Made by a program: the position numbers and the translations under genes. Below, piece after piece: positions 1 through 14,746 of a stretch of 64,000 nt of DNA. The notes beneath the pieces are model-generated. The model made no database searches. It was not told where the DNA came from and worked only from the letters and a program-made list of their open reading frames with translations. Where the stretch lies: assembly GCA_951406725.2 (NCBI GenBank), contig OX597835.1, positions 310,001 to 374,000 of the forward strand. The letters run 5' to 3'. The stretch is from Octopus vulgaris. Lineage: Eukaryota. The first letter of the stretch is position 1, and every line of letters starts with the position of its first letter.

Positions 1-385
1 CTTGTGTAATGCTTTATATAATGTTTGCAATGCTGCTGCTGTTGTGACATTTTATCTAATGATATAATATTTGTTGTTTTTTTTTGTGCTGCTGTTGTTG
101 CCATTGTGAAGTCCTTCTCTTGTGTAATAAGAGCTGCTATTGTGATGTCTGCTGAAGACTCTGATATTGTTGTAACACATCTCTCAAAGATGTTACCATT
201 GTTCTTTTCGTGACTAATTAGTAACGCTGTACAGTTGGTCAACTTTGTATTGTTATTACATCTCATTCCAGAATTCATTATTTCTCTTTCTGTGTCAGAT
301 CATGCCGCCTGTTATCTTTTTCTTCTCTCCTGGTCATTCTTTTCTCTTTATCTCATCTCAACTAGTCGTTCCCATGACTAGGAGA

Positions 386-419
<34 letters not shown>

Positions 420-1308
420 CTGCTCTTGGTGATACCAATCTCTCTCTCTCTCTCTCACACACACACGTCTCTTAGGCTCATTCTGATTTTTCTCCTTTTT
501 TATCTTTATTGGTTATTCTGATGTCTTCCCTAGTGATACTGATCCCCCCTCCCTCCCTCCCTCCCCCTCTCTCACACACGTTGCAATCAGTCCTTCCTTC
601 CTTCCTTCCTTCCTTCCTTCTGATCTCTTTCTCTCATCTCCCTCGTGGTCCTTCTGATCTCTTCTCATTTACGTCTCTCTCTCGTTTATTTCGATGTCTT
701 TCTCTTCTTTCTATCCTCATCATTCTCAACTCTCTTCCTCTCACTTGTTCCATTTACTGTAGTCGCAATTGCATTCTCTCACCTTACCCCCACCTCTCTC
801 AAATTATAAATACTTACTTTCATAACAAATTCCAATCAAGAGGTTCAGTTTCAATCCTAAGCTAGAACTGCTTCAATTACATTGTTAAACATTGTAAGTG
901 ATTATATGAAAGCTTTGACTTCTCGTTGCCTGTGTTGTTATTTCCTCCCTGTAATGGTTTAGCTGATCTATCATTATGTAATGCTCTCCCCCTTCTCCTG
1001 CCATATTGTTACGACATCTCACACACCCGTCTCCTCATTGCCGTAGCATCGTCTCCTCCTCATTCAATCTTTATCTTACTCTGATACAGTTATAGCTCTT
1101 TCTTACTGTTACGTTCCCTTTCATACCTTCATTTTACTATTTTACATGCATGCACACATACATATTTATACATGTTCGTGTGTGTATATATCCTTTATCT
1201 TTTACTTGTTTCAGACATTACATTGTGGCCATGCTGGGGCACCACCTTGAAGGAATTTAGTCGAACTTATCGACCCCCAGCACTTATTTTCTTTTTAAGA
1301 CTAGTATT

Positions 1309-2240
1309 TACGAGGTTGTATCAAAAAGTTTCCCAACTAGTTCTGTAGCGTGCCAACAGATGGCAGCACACAGTTGTGAGCACAGTCAGAGCTAGCAGTG
1401 ACCACTATGAGGCAGTTTACTCTTTCAGGTAAAGAGTAAAATGGGTTTTTTTACGTTATTATGTCTTTTTCCAGTGGTCCTAGTGTTTATGTACCTTTAC
1501 CTCAATGAAAGTGAATTGGAATAACTGTGAGACAGGACATAAACTAGAAGAAGAAAGGTAAATAAGTTGTAAAATTTGCGATTTTATGATCATGTGGATG
1601 CTGTAGTCTGCAATTTTGTCAAGGACAGGAACAAAGAACCAACATGAAATTTTGCATTAAACTTGAGAAGTCTGCTACAAAGACATTGAGCATGCTTCGG
1701 CCTGGCAATGGGTCGTAGGCAATGTTTCGAGTGGTACAGGTGCTTCAAAAGCAGAAGAACTTCTCTGGAAGACAATAAACAACCTTGATGACCTGCCATG
1801 AGTGTCATCCCCGGAAATATGGTGTTGTACATTGAGAATTCATCCCCCAGGGTTAGGCCATCAATCAAGAGTTCCACTGCAATGATTTGAAGCATCTGAG
1901 GGGGGAGGGGATTCAGCAAAAGTAACTGGATCTGTGTTGCGCAAAGAATTGGATTCTTCATCAATCCCTCTCCGCTCTTGAGTTTCTCACCAAAAATACA
2001 TGGTATCACTTCTGTACCCACCCTATTCACCAAATTTAGCATCTGCAGACTTCCATCTCTGCCACGAGAGGAAAATGCAGCTCAAAGGTCGCCATTTTAA
2101 CACTGTTGTCAAGATCCATAACAAATTGCAGAAGGTCTTTGACTCATAGAAAATTACTTCCAGGCTGGATTCTAAAAGTTGCAGGAATGCTGGGACTGGA
2201 GTATTGCTCTGCCAGGTGACTATTTTGAAGGAGATGATGT
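1309..2240 (+). mobile_element. Degenerate mariner transposon copy
   Basis: TIR-like start tacgaggttgtatcaaaaagtttcc; remnants CFEWYRCFKSRRTSLED and a PYSPDLAPADF-like motif; homologous to 6729-8191. Confidence 0.8.
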
Positions 2241-2414
2241 TAAAACCGCACATGTATACAACAGGCTTCTTTCTGTTTCCATCTACTGAGTCCACTCACA
2301 TGGCTTTGGTTGGCCTGAGGCTATAGTAGAAGACACTTGCCCAAGGTGACACGCAGTGGGACCAAACCCAGAACCATATGATTGGAAAGCAAGCTTCTTA
2401 CCATATTTGTATAT

Positions 2415-2830
2415 ATATTTCTCTTATATGAAATCCGTTGTCTGTGTGTGTGGCCTCTAGGATCTCGGGCATCCTCCATCCGATTGTGCTCAAATTTGAT
2501 ATGTAGATACCAACGGTATCAGGGCATGTATAAGTCTTGAAAAAATTACTAAAATCGATTCCATGAGAGAATGCGATCGATAAAGCCATGGGAAATCGTT
2601 TTTCTTTGGAATAGAAAAAAAGCCTTTTTTATTTCTTCTTTTACTGGTGTCTCAAATTTAGGTTAAATCAGTGTTTCTCAAAGAGGAGGCCTATGGGGCG
2701 GTTGGACAAGTTGCTTTGAGAAAATTTGGTTTAAATGTTTGACAACTCAGCCCTGTCCGTTGGACGGGGATGGGGGGAATTTTGTTCGTATATATATATA
2801 TATATATATAAATAATGTGTTGGGAGACAA
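2415..2830. mobile_element. Non-autonomous Helitron-like fragment
   Basis: tccgttgtctgtgtgtg...ggatctcggg...ccgatt...aaattt pattern; boundaries approximate. Confidence 0.4.
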
Positions 2831-3182
2831 ATATAGTAGATACTTCATACTTTTAATACAATGGTGTATTGAGCTTGCTCAGTTTTTGTTCAACAAAAAT
2901 AAAAATAACATATATCCATGTACACACACACACACAGACACGTGTATATGTGTGTGTTCATATATATAAATGTTATTGTTTTGGGAGAATTAAGAACTTG
3001 AAGAACTCCATATCAACTGTTGAGTTACCGTTAGTGTTTACTCAGCTGAATAAACAATCCACTAAATCAGAGTTTTGTTTTCCAATTTCTCAGAAAGTAT
3101 GGCCATTTAAAAAAAAAAATTTTTTAAATTTAGCTTTTGCATCTCTCTCACTTGATGTTAACTCCTGTCTCTGTTTAATTTT

Positions 3183-3387
3183 TAGCATACCCCTCTCTAT
3201 TCATTTGTTAGTATACCCCTCTCTATTATTTCCATTGTTAGTATCTCCCTGTCTACTTAATTGTTAGTATACACCTCTCTACTCATTTATTAGTATACCC
3301 CTCTCTATTCAGTTGTTAGTATAGCCCCTCTCTATTCAATTGTTACCATACACCTCTCTATTCAGCAATCAGTATACACCTTTCTAT
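3183..3387. repeat. Degenerate minisatellite, unit about 26 bp, about 8 copies
   Basis: Unit approximately gttagtatacccctctctattcattt. Confidence 0.85.
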
Positions 3388-4404
3388 AACCTCAGTTGAT
3401 TTTTTCAGTCTCTCTTTTTATCTTGCTTTTAAAATCCTCTCTTTTGTTTTGTCTTTCACTTGCATTTTCCTAGCATTTACTTTTATACACATACCTGTAC
3501 GTGCACACTTATGTGCATACACACACTCACATATGCACACACTCCCTATGTTGTTATTACACCTTCCTTGTTTCAGTTTATGTCCTATGTCACAGTTATT
3601 CCAATTCACTTTCATTGAGGTAACAATTAGCATAAGGGCTCCCTTCGGTCATCAATGACCATCAGATTGCACCTAGAAAGTTCCCCTCCCAGGGGCACAA
3701 GTCTTCCATGCATACCAGTGACGTCACAACTCATTTCTACAGCTGAGTGAACAGGAGCAATGTGAAATAAAGTGTCTTGCTCAAGGACACAACACACAGC
3801 CTGGCCTAGGAATCGAACTCACAACCTCACGATTGCAAGCCCAACTCTCAAACCACTGAGCCATGCATGTTCATTGAGGTAAAGATACATAAGCGCTAGT
3901 ACCATTGGGAAAAGACATAAAAATGTAAAAATCCCCATTTTACTCTTTACCTGAAAAATTTTTGGTGCCTTGTCAACCTGAAGAAGGCAAAAGGAAATTC
4001 TTAGAATGGACTGAGGCACTGTATATGATGTCCAGTGTCACAGGAAATTTCATCTAGGAACAGATCAACACTTATGGGTACATGTACATGTTTATTTCTG
4101 TGCACTTACACATGCATACAATCTTGTGCTCATCCATGCATATCATCATCGTTTAACGTCCGTTTTCCATGCTAGCATGGGTTGGATGGTTCGACCGGGG
4201 TCTGGGAAGCCAGGAGGCTGCACCAGGCTCCAGTCTGATCTGGCAGCGTTTCTACAGCTGGATGCCCTTCCTAACGCCAACCACTCCATGAGTGTAGTGG
4301 GTGCTTTTTATGTGCCACCGGCACAGGTGCCAGGGGAGGCTATGCAGGTTTTTGCCTTTGATGGGTTCATTTTTGTTGCTTTATGTCTCTCCTATTCCTT
4401 TAAT

Positions 4405-4760
4405 GTAGGGCTTCTCAACCATTTTTTTTTATCTATGGGCCCCTTTGATTATATTTTTTTCTGATGGACCCCCATAGCCATTTAGGGTTTAAAAACTAGT
4501 TTTATTAGAAACTTCTCTCAAAATTCCTATTTTGTTTCTCACACATTGACTCATGGAGGTTGAACTTATGTAAAATATTAGAGAAAGAAACCTGGTTGTT
4601 TCTTGCAATACATACCAACAGATACATCTAAAGCACAATTTCTCTAAGGGCCCTTAAAATGCTACTGTGGATCCCCAATTTACTGTTTTGTTGCATGGAA
4701 CCCCCAAAAGTTTTATAAGACCCCTGAGGGTCCATATGGACCTAAGGTGGGAATCACTGC
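4405..4760. mobile_element. hAT/Charlie-like MITE
   Basis: tagggcttctcaacc...ggtgggaatcactg imperfect TIRs and internal GGACCCC motifs. Confidence 0.5.
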
Positions 4761-4851
4761 TTTAATGGCTTCAGTCATTGATCATGATGGAACACTGTTT
4801 CAAGATGACTAGTCAACTAAGTTGATACCACTAGCTTTCTTTTTAGTGATT

Positions 4852-5280
4852 GTAGGCATGGCTGTGTGGTAAGAAGCTTGCTTCCCAACCACATGGTTCC
4901 AGGTTCAGTCCAATTGTATGGAATTTTGGGCAAGTGTCTTCTACTTTAGCCTTCGGCCAACCAAGGCCTTGTAAGTGGATTTGGTAGATGGAAACTGAAA
5001 GAAGCCCATTGTGCATGTGTGTGTGTCTTTCGGTTTGTGTTTGTCCCCCCCCCCCCCCCATCAACACTTGACAACCAGTGCTGGTATATTTACGTCTTCA
5101 TAACTTAGCAGTTCAGCAAAGAGAGACTGACAGAATAAGTACTAGGCTTTAAAAATATAAGCCCTGGGGTCAATTTGTTTGAATAAATCCCTTCAAGGTA
5201 GTGCCCCAGCATGACCACAGTCAAATGACTGAAACATGTAAAAAAAAAATTAAAAAAAAAAAAAAAACAATAAAAGAATA
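4852..5280 (+). mobile_element. Full-length tRNA-derived SINE, family 1 (other copies or fragments at about 1195-1308, 2255-2405, 5570-5720, 9118-9425, 9500-9790, 32965-33112, 56389-56950, 57850-58230)
   Basis: A-box tggctgtgtggt, B-box ggttcagtcc, internal (TG)n, 3' end gtgccccagcatgaccacagtcaaatgactgaaaca plus A-rich tail. Confidence 0.85.
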
Positions 5281-6225
5281 TTATATTAATCTCAAAAGGG
5301 GAAGATTATCTGAGCAGGATTTGAACAAAGAACTCATTTTATTTTATATTTGTTTGTTTGTTTTACATCTATGTTTCCCTGTTAGCATGGGTTAGACAAA
5401 TATTCATTGGGGTAAAGTTTTACAGTCAGATGTGTCGAGCCTTATCTGTTTTTCATGTAAGAGATCTTTCATTTCAACTTGTTAATAGGACAAATGACAA
5501 TGTCACCATTTGTTACTCCTGTTATCCAAGGATTATTTAAACACACATACACACACACATATCCTCATGTGGCCTCCTCCTAGCTTTCATCTACCAAATC
5601 TCACAAGGCTTTTGTCAACCTGGTTCTATAGTAGAAGACATTTGCCAAAGGTGCTGCACAGCGTATCTGAAACGATGTGATTGGTAAGCAAGCTTCTTGA
5701 CCACACAGCAATGCCTACGCACTACTACTACTACTACTACTAACATGACTGATAGGATGCTCAGCTAATCCCAGCAACAAGCAAATCTTTCCAATATCTG
5801 CTAATATAACAAAGTGACTTCAGGTTGTCCCTCTCTCGCATCTCCCTCCCTCCCTCATATCTTCTTTTCTCAATTGTGTTCTCATTCATTTGAACACTCA
5901 CACAGTTTTGTTTATAAATGGTACTAACTAAAGTGTGTGTGTGTGTGTGTTTTGAATATTGACAAAAGATATCAACACCAGCAAGAAAAAAACCAATAGC
6001 CTAATGCTTTCAAATGTAGTCTTTTATGATATTTGTTCTGCTTGAGTTGTAGAGGCACTCCTCTTTTGCCATCATCATCAGAAATACAATGGACCAGTGA
6101 TTAGCTCATTGGAATTCTATGACCAATAATATCGGTGTTCACCAAATGGCAATATAAAATTTTAAAAGAATTTTAAATATGATGACTTCTGATACAAGCA
6201 CAAGACCACAAATTTTAGGGACCAG

Positions 6226-6672
6226 TTGACCCTTTAGCATTCAGATTTCTTTGTCAAACATATTGCTTATCTATTAACATTGTTTTGAATTAATTGCACA
6301 TTATCTTGTAGCTTCAAGATTTCAATGGTGTATTTGTATATTTTCAAAATGACAATATATGTTTTCTTATTACCCACAAGGGGCTAAACATAGAGGGGAC
6401 AAACAAAGACAGACAAACGAATTAAGTCGATTACAATGACTCCATTGTGTAAGGATGAAAGGCAAAGTCGACCTCAGCGGAATTTGAACTCAGAACGCAG
6501 CAGCGGACGAAATACCGCAAAGCATTTCGCCCGGCATGCTAACGATTCTGCCAGCTCACCGCCTTATCAAAATGACAATTTAGGGTAGGTGTGAGTGGTT
6601 GGATCTGGTCAGTTTTAACCTAAAAAAGGTAGAATATTTGTGCCAGATATGGCCGGAATAAATGCTAAAAGA
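6226..6672. mobile_element. piggyBac-type MITE (ccctttagcatt...aatgctaaa) with a SINE inserted at about 6360-6567
   Basis: Same family as the copies at 52048-52242 and 58608-58835. Confidence 0.7.
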
Positions 6673-6865
6673 CTGAATCAACTAATTCTTTCGATACCAA
6701 ACCACCTAAACTGCCCCTGGTTCTATTATATGAGGTGATATCAAAAACTTCCCAGACTAGTTATATTTAATAAAAAAAACAACTTATTTACCTAAATGTT
6801 AATATCATCTCCTTCAAAATAGTCATCTTGCACAGCAATACACCAATCCCAGTGTTCCTGCCACT

Positions 6866-7083
6866 TTAACCCTTTCATTTCCAACCCGGCATCGGCTCTG
6901 AGTACAAATGTCTTGTTTTCATAAGTTTTGAATTAAAATCTTCCATGAAACCTTAGTCACAATTTATGTTCCTAACACTAGCTTAATGATAACTAAGTTG
7001 TTTTACTAAATTCTTTGTTGTATTTAAAGTAATTGAAAGAAACACAGAGCATCTCAAAATAAATACAGTAACGAAAGGGTTAA
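6866..7083. mobile_element. piggyBac-type MITE
   Basis: TTAA-CCCTTTC...GAAAGGG-TTAA termini, interrupting the mariner. Confidence 0.8.
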
Positions 7084-7268
7084 GAATCTGGCCTGGAAGT
7101 CGTTTTTCCATAAGTGAGTCAAGGACCTTCTTCAATTTGCTCTGGATCTTGACAATGGTGTTAAAACAGTAACGTTTGAGCTGCATTTTTATCTTGGAGA
7201 AGAGATGGAAGTCTGCAGGTGCTAAATCTGCCAAATAGAGCAGATGTGGAAGCAGTACCATGTTTTTG

Positions 7269-7659
7269 GTGAGAAACTCACGAGTGGGGAGAGAGCAGGG
7301 ACCGGGTGTGAGAAACTCACGAGTGAGGAGAGAGCAGGGACCGGGTGTGAGAAACTCACGAGTGGGGAGAGAGCAGGGACCGGGTGTGAGAAACTCACGA
7401 GTGAGGAGAGAGCAGGGACCGGGTGTGAGAAACTCACGAGTGAGGAGAGAGCAGGGACTGGGTGTGAGAAACTCACGAGTGAGGAGAGAGCAGGGACCGG
7501 GTGTGAGAAACTCACGAGTGAGGAGAGAGCAGGGACCGGGTGTGAGAAACTCACGAGTGGGGAGAGAGCAGGGACCGGGTGTGAGAAACTCACGAGTGAG
7601 GAGAGAGCAGGGACTGGGTGTGAGAAACTCACGAGTGAGGAGAGAGCAGGGACAGGGTG
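7269..7659. repeat. 39-bp tandem repeat, 10 copies
   Basis: Unit tgagaaactcacgagtgRggagagagcagggacYgggtg, near-identical copies. Confidence 0.95.
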
Positions 7660-9789
7660 CATTGTCGTCCTGAAGAATCCAATTCTTTGTGTTGAATATC
7701 CTCCCTAAAATAATTCAAAATGTCACAGTAGAACTCTTGATTGAGGGTCTAGCTCTGGCGGACAGATTTTCCATGCACAATATCACATTTCTGGAGGTGA
7801 CACTCATGGCAGGTTATCCAGATTGCTCATTGTCTTCCAGGGACCTTATGCACTTGCAGTGTCCGTGCCACTAGAGATATTGCATACAAACCATTGCCTT
7901 GCTGCCGTAAACCTGACCAAAGCATGCTCAGTTTCTCTGTAGCAGACTTCTCAAGTTTAATGTAAAACTTCACATTGCCTCTTTGTTCCAGTGCTTGACA
8001 AAATCACAGACTACAGCATACATGCAATTACAAAAACACAAATTTCACAACCTGCAAAGTAAATACAGCAATGTCGCTCACCATACTGCCTCATGAAGGT
8101 CACTGCTAGCTCTCACTGTGCCCACAACCATGTGGTGCCAACTGTTGGTGCACTACAGAAGTAGTCCAAGAACTTTTTGATACCACTTCATACAAACCTG
8201 TTTTAAAGTGATCTGTATTAGAAATGTCCATCAAAATTTCATGTTAATTTATGTCACAGGCACCAATTTAATAATGACATTTATTTTATTAAATTCTTCA
8301 TTATTTTCGAAAGTATTTGAAACAAAAGCCATGTATTTCAAGAGAAATCTGGTAACAATAGAGTTAAATAAATGCGTCAACAAATTACTTTACTGGTTCC
8401 AGTAAAGTAACAGGCAAGATTGATTCTAGCCAAATTTGAACCCAGAATGAAAAGGGCCATAACTGAATGTTGCAGCATATTGCATTGGATGTTCTACCGA
8501 TTCTGCCACCTGCTGTACTTTTATATGAAGTTTGCACGCTGGGCGAAATGCTTAGCAGTATTTTGGCTGTCTTTACATTCTGAGTTCAACTTGCCTTTCA
8601 TTTTTTCGGGGTCAATAAATTAAGTACCAGTTACATACTGGGGTCGATCTAATCGACTGGCTCCCTCCCCAAAAATTTCAGGCTTTGTTCCTAGAGTAGA
8701 AAAGAACACGCAGATAAGTTTAGGAAGGCTGTTTCATCACAACATGAATATGTATACACAACCAATAGTGTATGACTTGAGTAATTAAATGGGTGTTTTG
8801 TCCTATTATGACTGTGGGAACTTCATTAATAATGTAGAAAGAAAATATTTATTTCATTTAGTGTAATAAACACTGTAACACTAATTTTTATTTCTTTAAA
8901 CTTATCCTCTATCTGTGCGTGTGTGCATATTAAGAGCTGACAGTCTACATCAGCAAAAAAGTGAAGTTTGAGTTTGGATAAATTACTTAATTCATTTTGC
9001 CATAAGAAAAATAGGAATTTAGTCCCTCTTCCTTTCATAGTATACAAACTTCAAAGCACACACACGCTCACACAGAGTTCATATTTTCTCAATAAGACTT
9101 TTAAAAAGTGTGGGTATCTTTTATCTTTCACTTGTTTCAGTCATTTCACTCTGGCCATGCTGAGGCACCAACTTGAAGGATTTTAGTCGAACGATTCAAC
9201 GCCAGGACTTATTTTTTAAAGCTTAGTACTTAATCTATCGGTCATGCACACACACACTCATATATATGGGCTTCTTTCAGTTTTCATCTCCCAGATTCAC
9301 TCACAAGGCTTTGGTTGACTTGAGGTTATAGTAGAAGACACTTGCCCAAGGTGCCATGCAGTGAGACTGAACCAGGAAGTGTATGATTGAAAAGCAAGCT
9401 TCTTACCGCACAGCCATACCTACATGTATATCTCTGTCAAATTTATTTCCTAGTAGCAGAGAAACCCGTCATTTCTCGTGATTAAAATGGCATAGTTTTT
9501 TATTGTTTTGCTTCAGTAATGTGACTGCAGCCATGCTGGAGCACAGCATTTAGTCGAAGCAATTTACCCCGGGACTTATTCTTTGTAAGCCTAGTACTTA
9601 ATCTATCGGTGTGTTTTGCCAAACAGCTAAGTTACGGAGATGTATACACAGCAACCTCAGTTGTCAAGCGATGGTGGGGTACAAACACAGACACACACAC
9701 AAATATACACGTATATACGACAGTTTTCTTTCAGTTACTGTGTACGAAATCCACTCACAAGGCTTTGATGGGCCTGAGGCGAGGCTACA

Positions 9790-10047
9790 TTGGCCCATGG
9801 AGGATTATAATCCCAGAACCTAAATCAGTGTGGGTCCTAGGTATCAACATGAGTGATGATACCTCTTTCCAAGTGCACATTACCAAGATGGTGACAAAGT
9901 GCAGACGGCCAGCTGGATAGATCCTGAGAACCTTCTGAACCAGAAAGAAGCCATGATGGTCCTCTGGAAGACAGTCATCCTCAGATGCCTGGACTACTGT
10001 TCCCAGCTATGGTCACTCCACAGTGTAAAATTAACAGTGGACCTTGA
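9790..10047 (+). mobile_element. Degenerate fragment related to the 11.7-kb CR1-group LINE
   Basis: IPEPKSVWVLGINMSDDTSFQVHI...LWKTVILRCLDYCSQLWS parallels IPESKSVRDLGIDMSNDASFQMHI...LWKTFVLSRLDYCSQLWS. Confidence 0.85.
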
Positions 10048-10425
10048 AGCATTTCTACTAATTAAAGAAGAATTTCTCTCAGATAATGTTTACTCTAGAC
10101 AGCTCACGAAGGTTTAAATACAGAAAAATATCACAAGTACATAGATCGTTTGAGTACGTCAACGTTTCAAGATTAGCCAAATAAATCAGCATTTCTTTCG
10201 TCAGCTCAAAAATTTCTTAATTTGGATTTGGAAACACTAAAAAGAAGGAACTTTACCTATCAGCGAACTTGTCGCTTCAGATGAACCACTCCAACTAAAC
10301 AGTGTCAACAAATTCAAACGATCTATGTACTTGTGATATTTTTCTGTATTTACTCCCCAAACCTTCGTGAGCTGTCTAGAGTAAACATTATCTGAGAGAA
10401 ATTTTCTTTAAGTAGTAGAAATGCT
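10048..10425. repeat. Long inverted repeat (arms about 105 bp, spacer about 160 bp)
   Basis: 10048-10153 is the near-perfect reverse complement of 10314-10425. Confidence 0.92.
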
Positions 10426-10453
10426 AAGAAAATTTTTTTTTTTTTTTGGCTGC

Positions 10454-11662
<1,209 letters not shown>

Positions 11663-11732
11663 TTAAATCCTTAAAAATGTTTTAGCCCGAAGGCCGCGGC
11701 CATGCTGGGGCACCACCGCTGAATGAGCCACA

Positions 11733-14700
11733 CTAGTTTGTGAATCCACCTCTGATACGTGGCACTTGATCAACAAGGGAGTTCGATGCTGCTGCCCGCA
11801 TCCGTGTCTCCTGTCGTGAGGTAGGTTCATCTGGGACTCCCAACAAGAAGAGATCCAGTTTAGTTTTAAAGAAACCCACATCCACACCATGTAAGTCTCT
11901 CAGGCATTTAGGGAGGATGTTGAAAAGCTGTGGTCCTCTGAAACCCAAGCTGTTGCAGTATCTGGACCTGTATTTTGATGGTGATGTTGGAATCCTTGGC
12001 ACCACGCAGCGGCGCCCCGTTCTGCGGTTGGAGTAACTTTGAATGCCAAAGTTTGGGACAAGACCCTCCAGGATTTTCCAGATGTATATTACTGCATATC
12101 TCTCCCGCCTCCGCTCCAGGGAGAAGAGGTTTAATACCTTCAGTCTTTCCCAGTAGCTGACATTTTGCATTGAGACGATTTTCTTTGTGTAGCTTCTCTG
12201 AGTTGCTTCGAGTTCTGCTGTTTGTTTTATATTGTGTGGTGACCAAAGTTGGGAGCAGTAGTCCAAGCGGCTGAGGACAAATGTTTTCCATAGGACCATC
12301 AGTGTCTCCTTCTCTCTTGTTCTGAAAGTTCGGAGAATCCATCCAGCTAGCCGTCTGCATTTTATCACCAGATTAGCAATATGCATTTGGAAAGATGCAT
12401 CATTGCTCATGTCAATGCCCAGGTCACGCACTGATTTTGACTCAGGGATTGCAATTCTTCCTGGGCCAGTGTATCCAGTCTTCACGTCATTTACCTTTGT
12501 GTGCCAGTAGCGCAGGGCCTGGAACTTACCTGCATTAAACTGCATGTTGTTGTCCTCAGCCCACCTGTATATTGTGTCCAGCTCATGTTGCAGATGCGCA
12601 ATATTTTCAGGGTTCTGTATTGCGTGGGAGACCTTTGTGTCATCTGCATAGCTAGCAAGGGTGGTCATCGTAGCAACTGAAGGCATGTCTGAAAGGGCCA
12701 CTATGAACATCAGTGGCCCCAAGACAGTGCCCTGTGGGACACCGCTTGTTATTTGCGTTTCCCTGGAGGTGGCTCCATTGCTCACAACTGCCTGTTTTCT
12801 GTCTTTTAGGAAGTTGTGCAGCCACTCTCCAAGTTTCCCGCCTATGCCGAGACCACGCAGTTTGTGACAGATCATACCATGGTCGACTTTATCAAAGGCT
12901 TTTGCAAAGTCAAGATATATTACATCCACATTTGAGCCATTTAGTAGCTGTTTCAACACCCAGTCATAGTGTTGCAGGAGCTGTGTTAGGCAGCCTCTAC
13001 CTGGTCGAAATCCATGCTGGGTGTCAGACAGTAAGTCATTTTCTTCAAGGAACATGATTAGTTTCTTACGGACTATTCGTTCCATGACTTTGCTGATGTG
13101 TGAGGTCAGAGAGATAGGCCTATAATTTTTAGCATCTGCTCTGCTACCTCCCTTATGGATAGGGCATATTACCCCCTCTTTCAGTTTGACTGGGAGCTTA
13201 CCACTTGCAAGAAAGCTCTGAAAAAGAAGCTGTAGCGGTTTTGCAAGGGCTCGTTTGCACGATTTGAGAAGGATCGCTGGGAATCCATCAGGTCCAGCAG
13301 CTGAGTTTGTGTCAATCTCATCAATGGCTAGTGTGATATCATCTTCTTCGATGTTGATGTACTCAATTTTTGTCTCTTTGGCCGCTGGTAAAGTGGCAAA
13401 GAATTCTTCTGGGTTGTTTACTTGCCTGTGTCCTAGAGGTGTAGTGAATACACTTTGGAACTGTTCGTTCAGTATTTCACTTATCCTCGTGGGATTTCCT
13501 GTGAGAGAGCCATCTTTTTGGAAGAGAGGTCCTATTCTCTGGTGCACTGTGGCTGTCTCTTTGGCAAACTTAAAGAAAGCTTTAGGGTTTGATTTTATAT
13601 TTTCTATTACCCAAGCTTCTTTATCTGCTCTCTCCTTTTCATGGGACTGATGTAGACTTTTCTCAGTTTCCATTAGCATTCTTTCGAGCCGAGACTTCTC
13701 ACCACTTTTGGTGTGCTTGCTCAGGCGGTTTGCAATCCTTGTCCGTCGTCTCATAAGAATCCTCCTTTCTCTAGGGATCCTGTTTTTATTCTTGTGTGTG
13801 CTGGCCCTGCACATTGGGACATATTTGTCACATATGGCTTGTATTATGGACATGAAGTGTTTGTGTTTCATGTTTATGTCCGGTGTGGAGAGACATTCAG
13901 GCCAATCCTGTTTGAGGATCTCTTTCTCAATCGACTTCCAGTTGGCTTTATGAAAGTTTAAGTTGGAGAGATGGTGGGTGCTTCGTATAGGCTGTGTGTC
14001 TGCGGGGGCTTTTGTTCCATACGTAGACAGCTCTATTATGTTGTGATCCGAGATCATTGTCGGCATCACATTAACATTATGGATAATATCCATATTGTTT
14101 CATTAAAGCAGAGATCCAGTATATTATCTGCCCTTGTTGGTTGCAGAACTATTTGCTCCATGAAAGAGGTATTTGTGAGATGGAGCAGGGACTCCACCTG
14201 TGCCTGCTGATGGTGTGTCATCCCTGGGAGCATCTGCCCCCCAGGCCATTCCACATTGGGGAGGTTAAAGTCACCCATGAAGAATACACTGTTGTGCTGT
14301 TCAAGGTTGGTGAGGACTTCTCCTATTTTTGTTAGGCAGTCTTCAAACATGCCTGAGTGTTTTGGGGCGTCTGGTGGGCGATATGTAGTGCATATGATGA
14401 TATTCAGTTGTCTTATGTGTACAATTTGAGTTTCACATACTGAGTTTGAATATGACAGCAGGACCTGGGGCGTGAGGTCATCTCGGATGTACATTGCAAC
14501 TCCACCATGGCTCCTCCCTTTTCTATCTGTGCGTATGACTGCATATTGCGGCATGTGTATTTCTGCATCACCTATATCGGGTTCAAGATGCGTTTCTGTG
14601 AGTGCCATGCATATAGCTTGATTGCATGTCACAAGGTCTCTCAGGAATGAAATTTTCTTTTTACAGTTTCCGCGCAGCAGCCCTCCTACATTCAGTAGAA

Positions 14701-14746
14701 ATATTTTTGTGGTGTGTGTGTTGGTGTTGGTGTCTGTGGTGGCCAT
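11733..14746 (-). pseudogene. LINE ORF2: APE endonuclease plus reverse transcriptase, one frameshift near 14100
   Basis: LLNVGG, LTETHL, GGVAMY, YRPP, MGDFN, ILDL and SDH (APE); [31 protein letters not shown] and YADD (RT); split across ORFs 14066..14839 and 11733..14093. Confidence 0.93.

Larger units (their letters stand above)
6729..8191 (-). mobile_element. Degenerate mariner transposon with both TIRs, carrying a TTAA MITE and a 39-bp minisatellite
   Basis: tatgaggtgatatcaaaaacttccc versus aagaactttttgataccacttcata inverted termini with TA flanks; LPHLLYLADLAPADFHLFSKIK. Confidence 0.85.

Noticed and set aside
7222-7708. Repeat-protein ORFs or CRISPR-like array
   Set aside because: Head-to-tail 39-bp units with no unique spacers, inside a dead mariner in eukaryotic DNA
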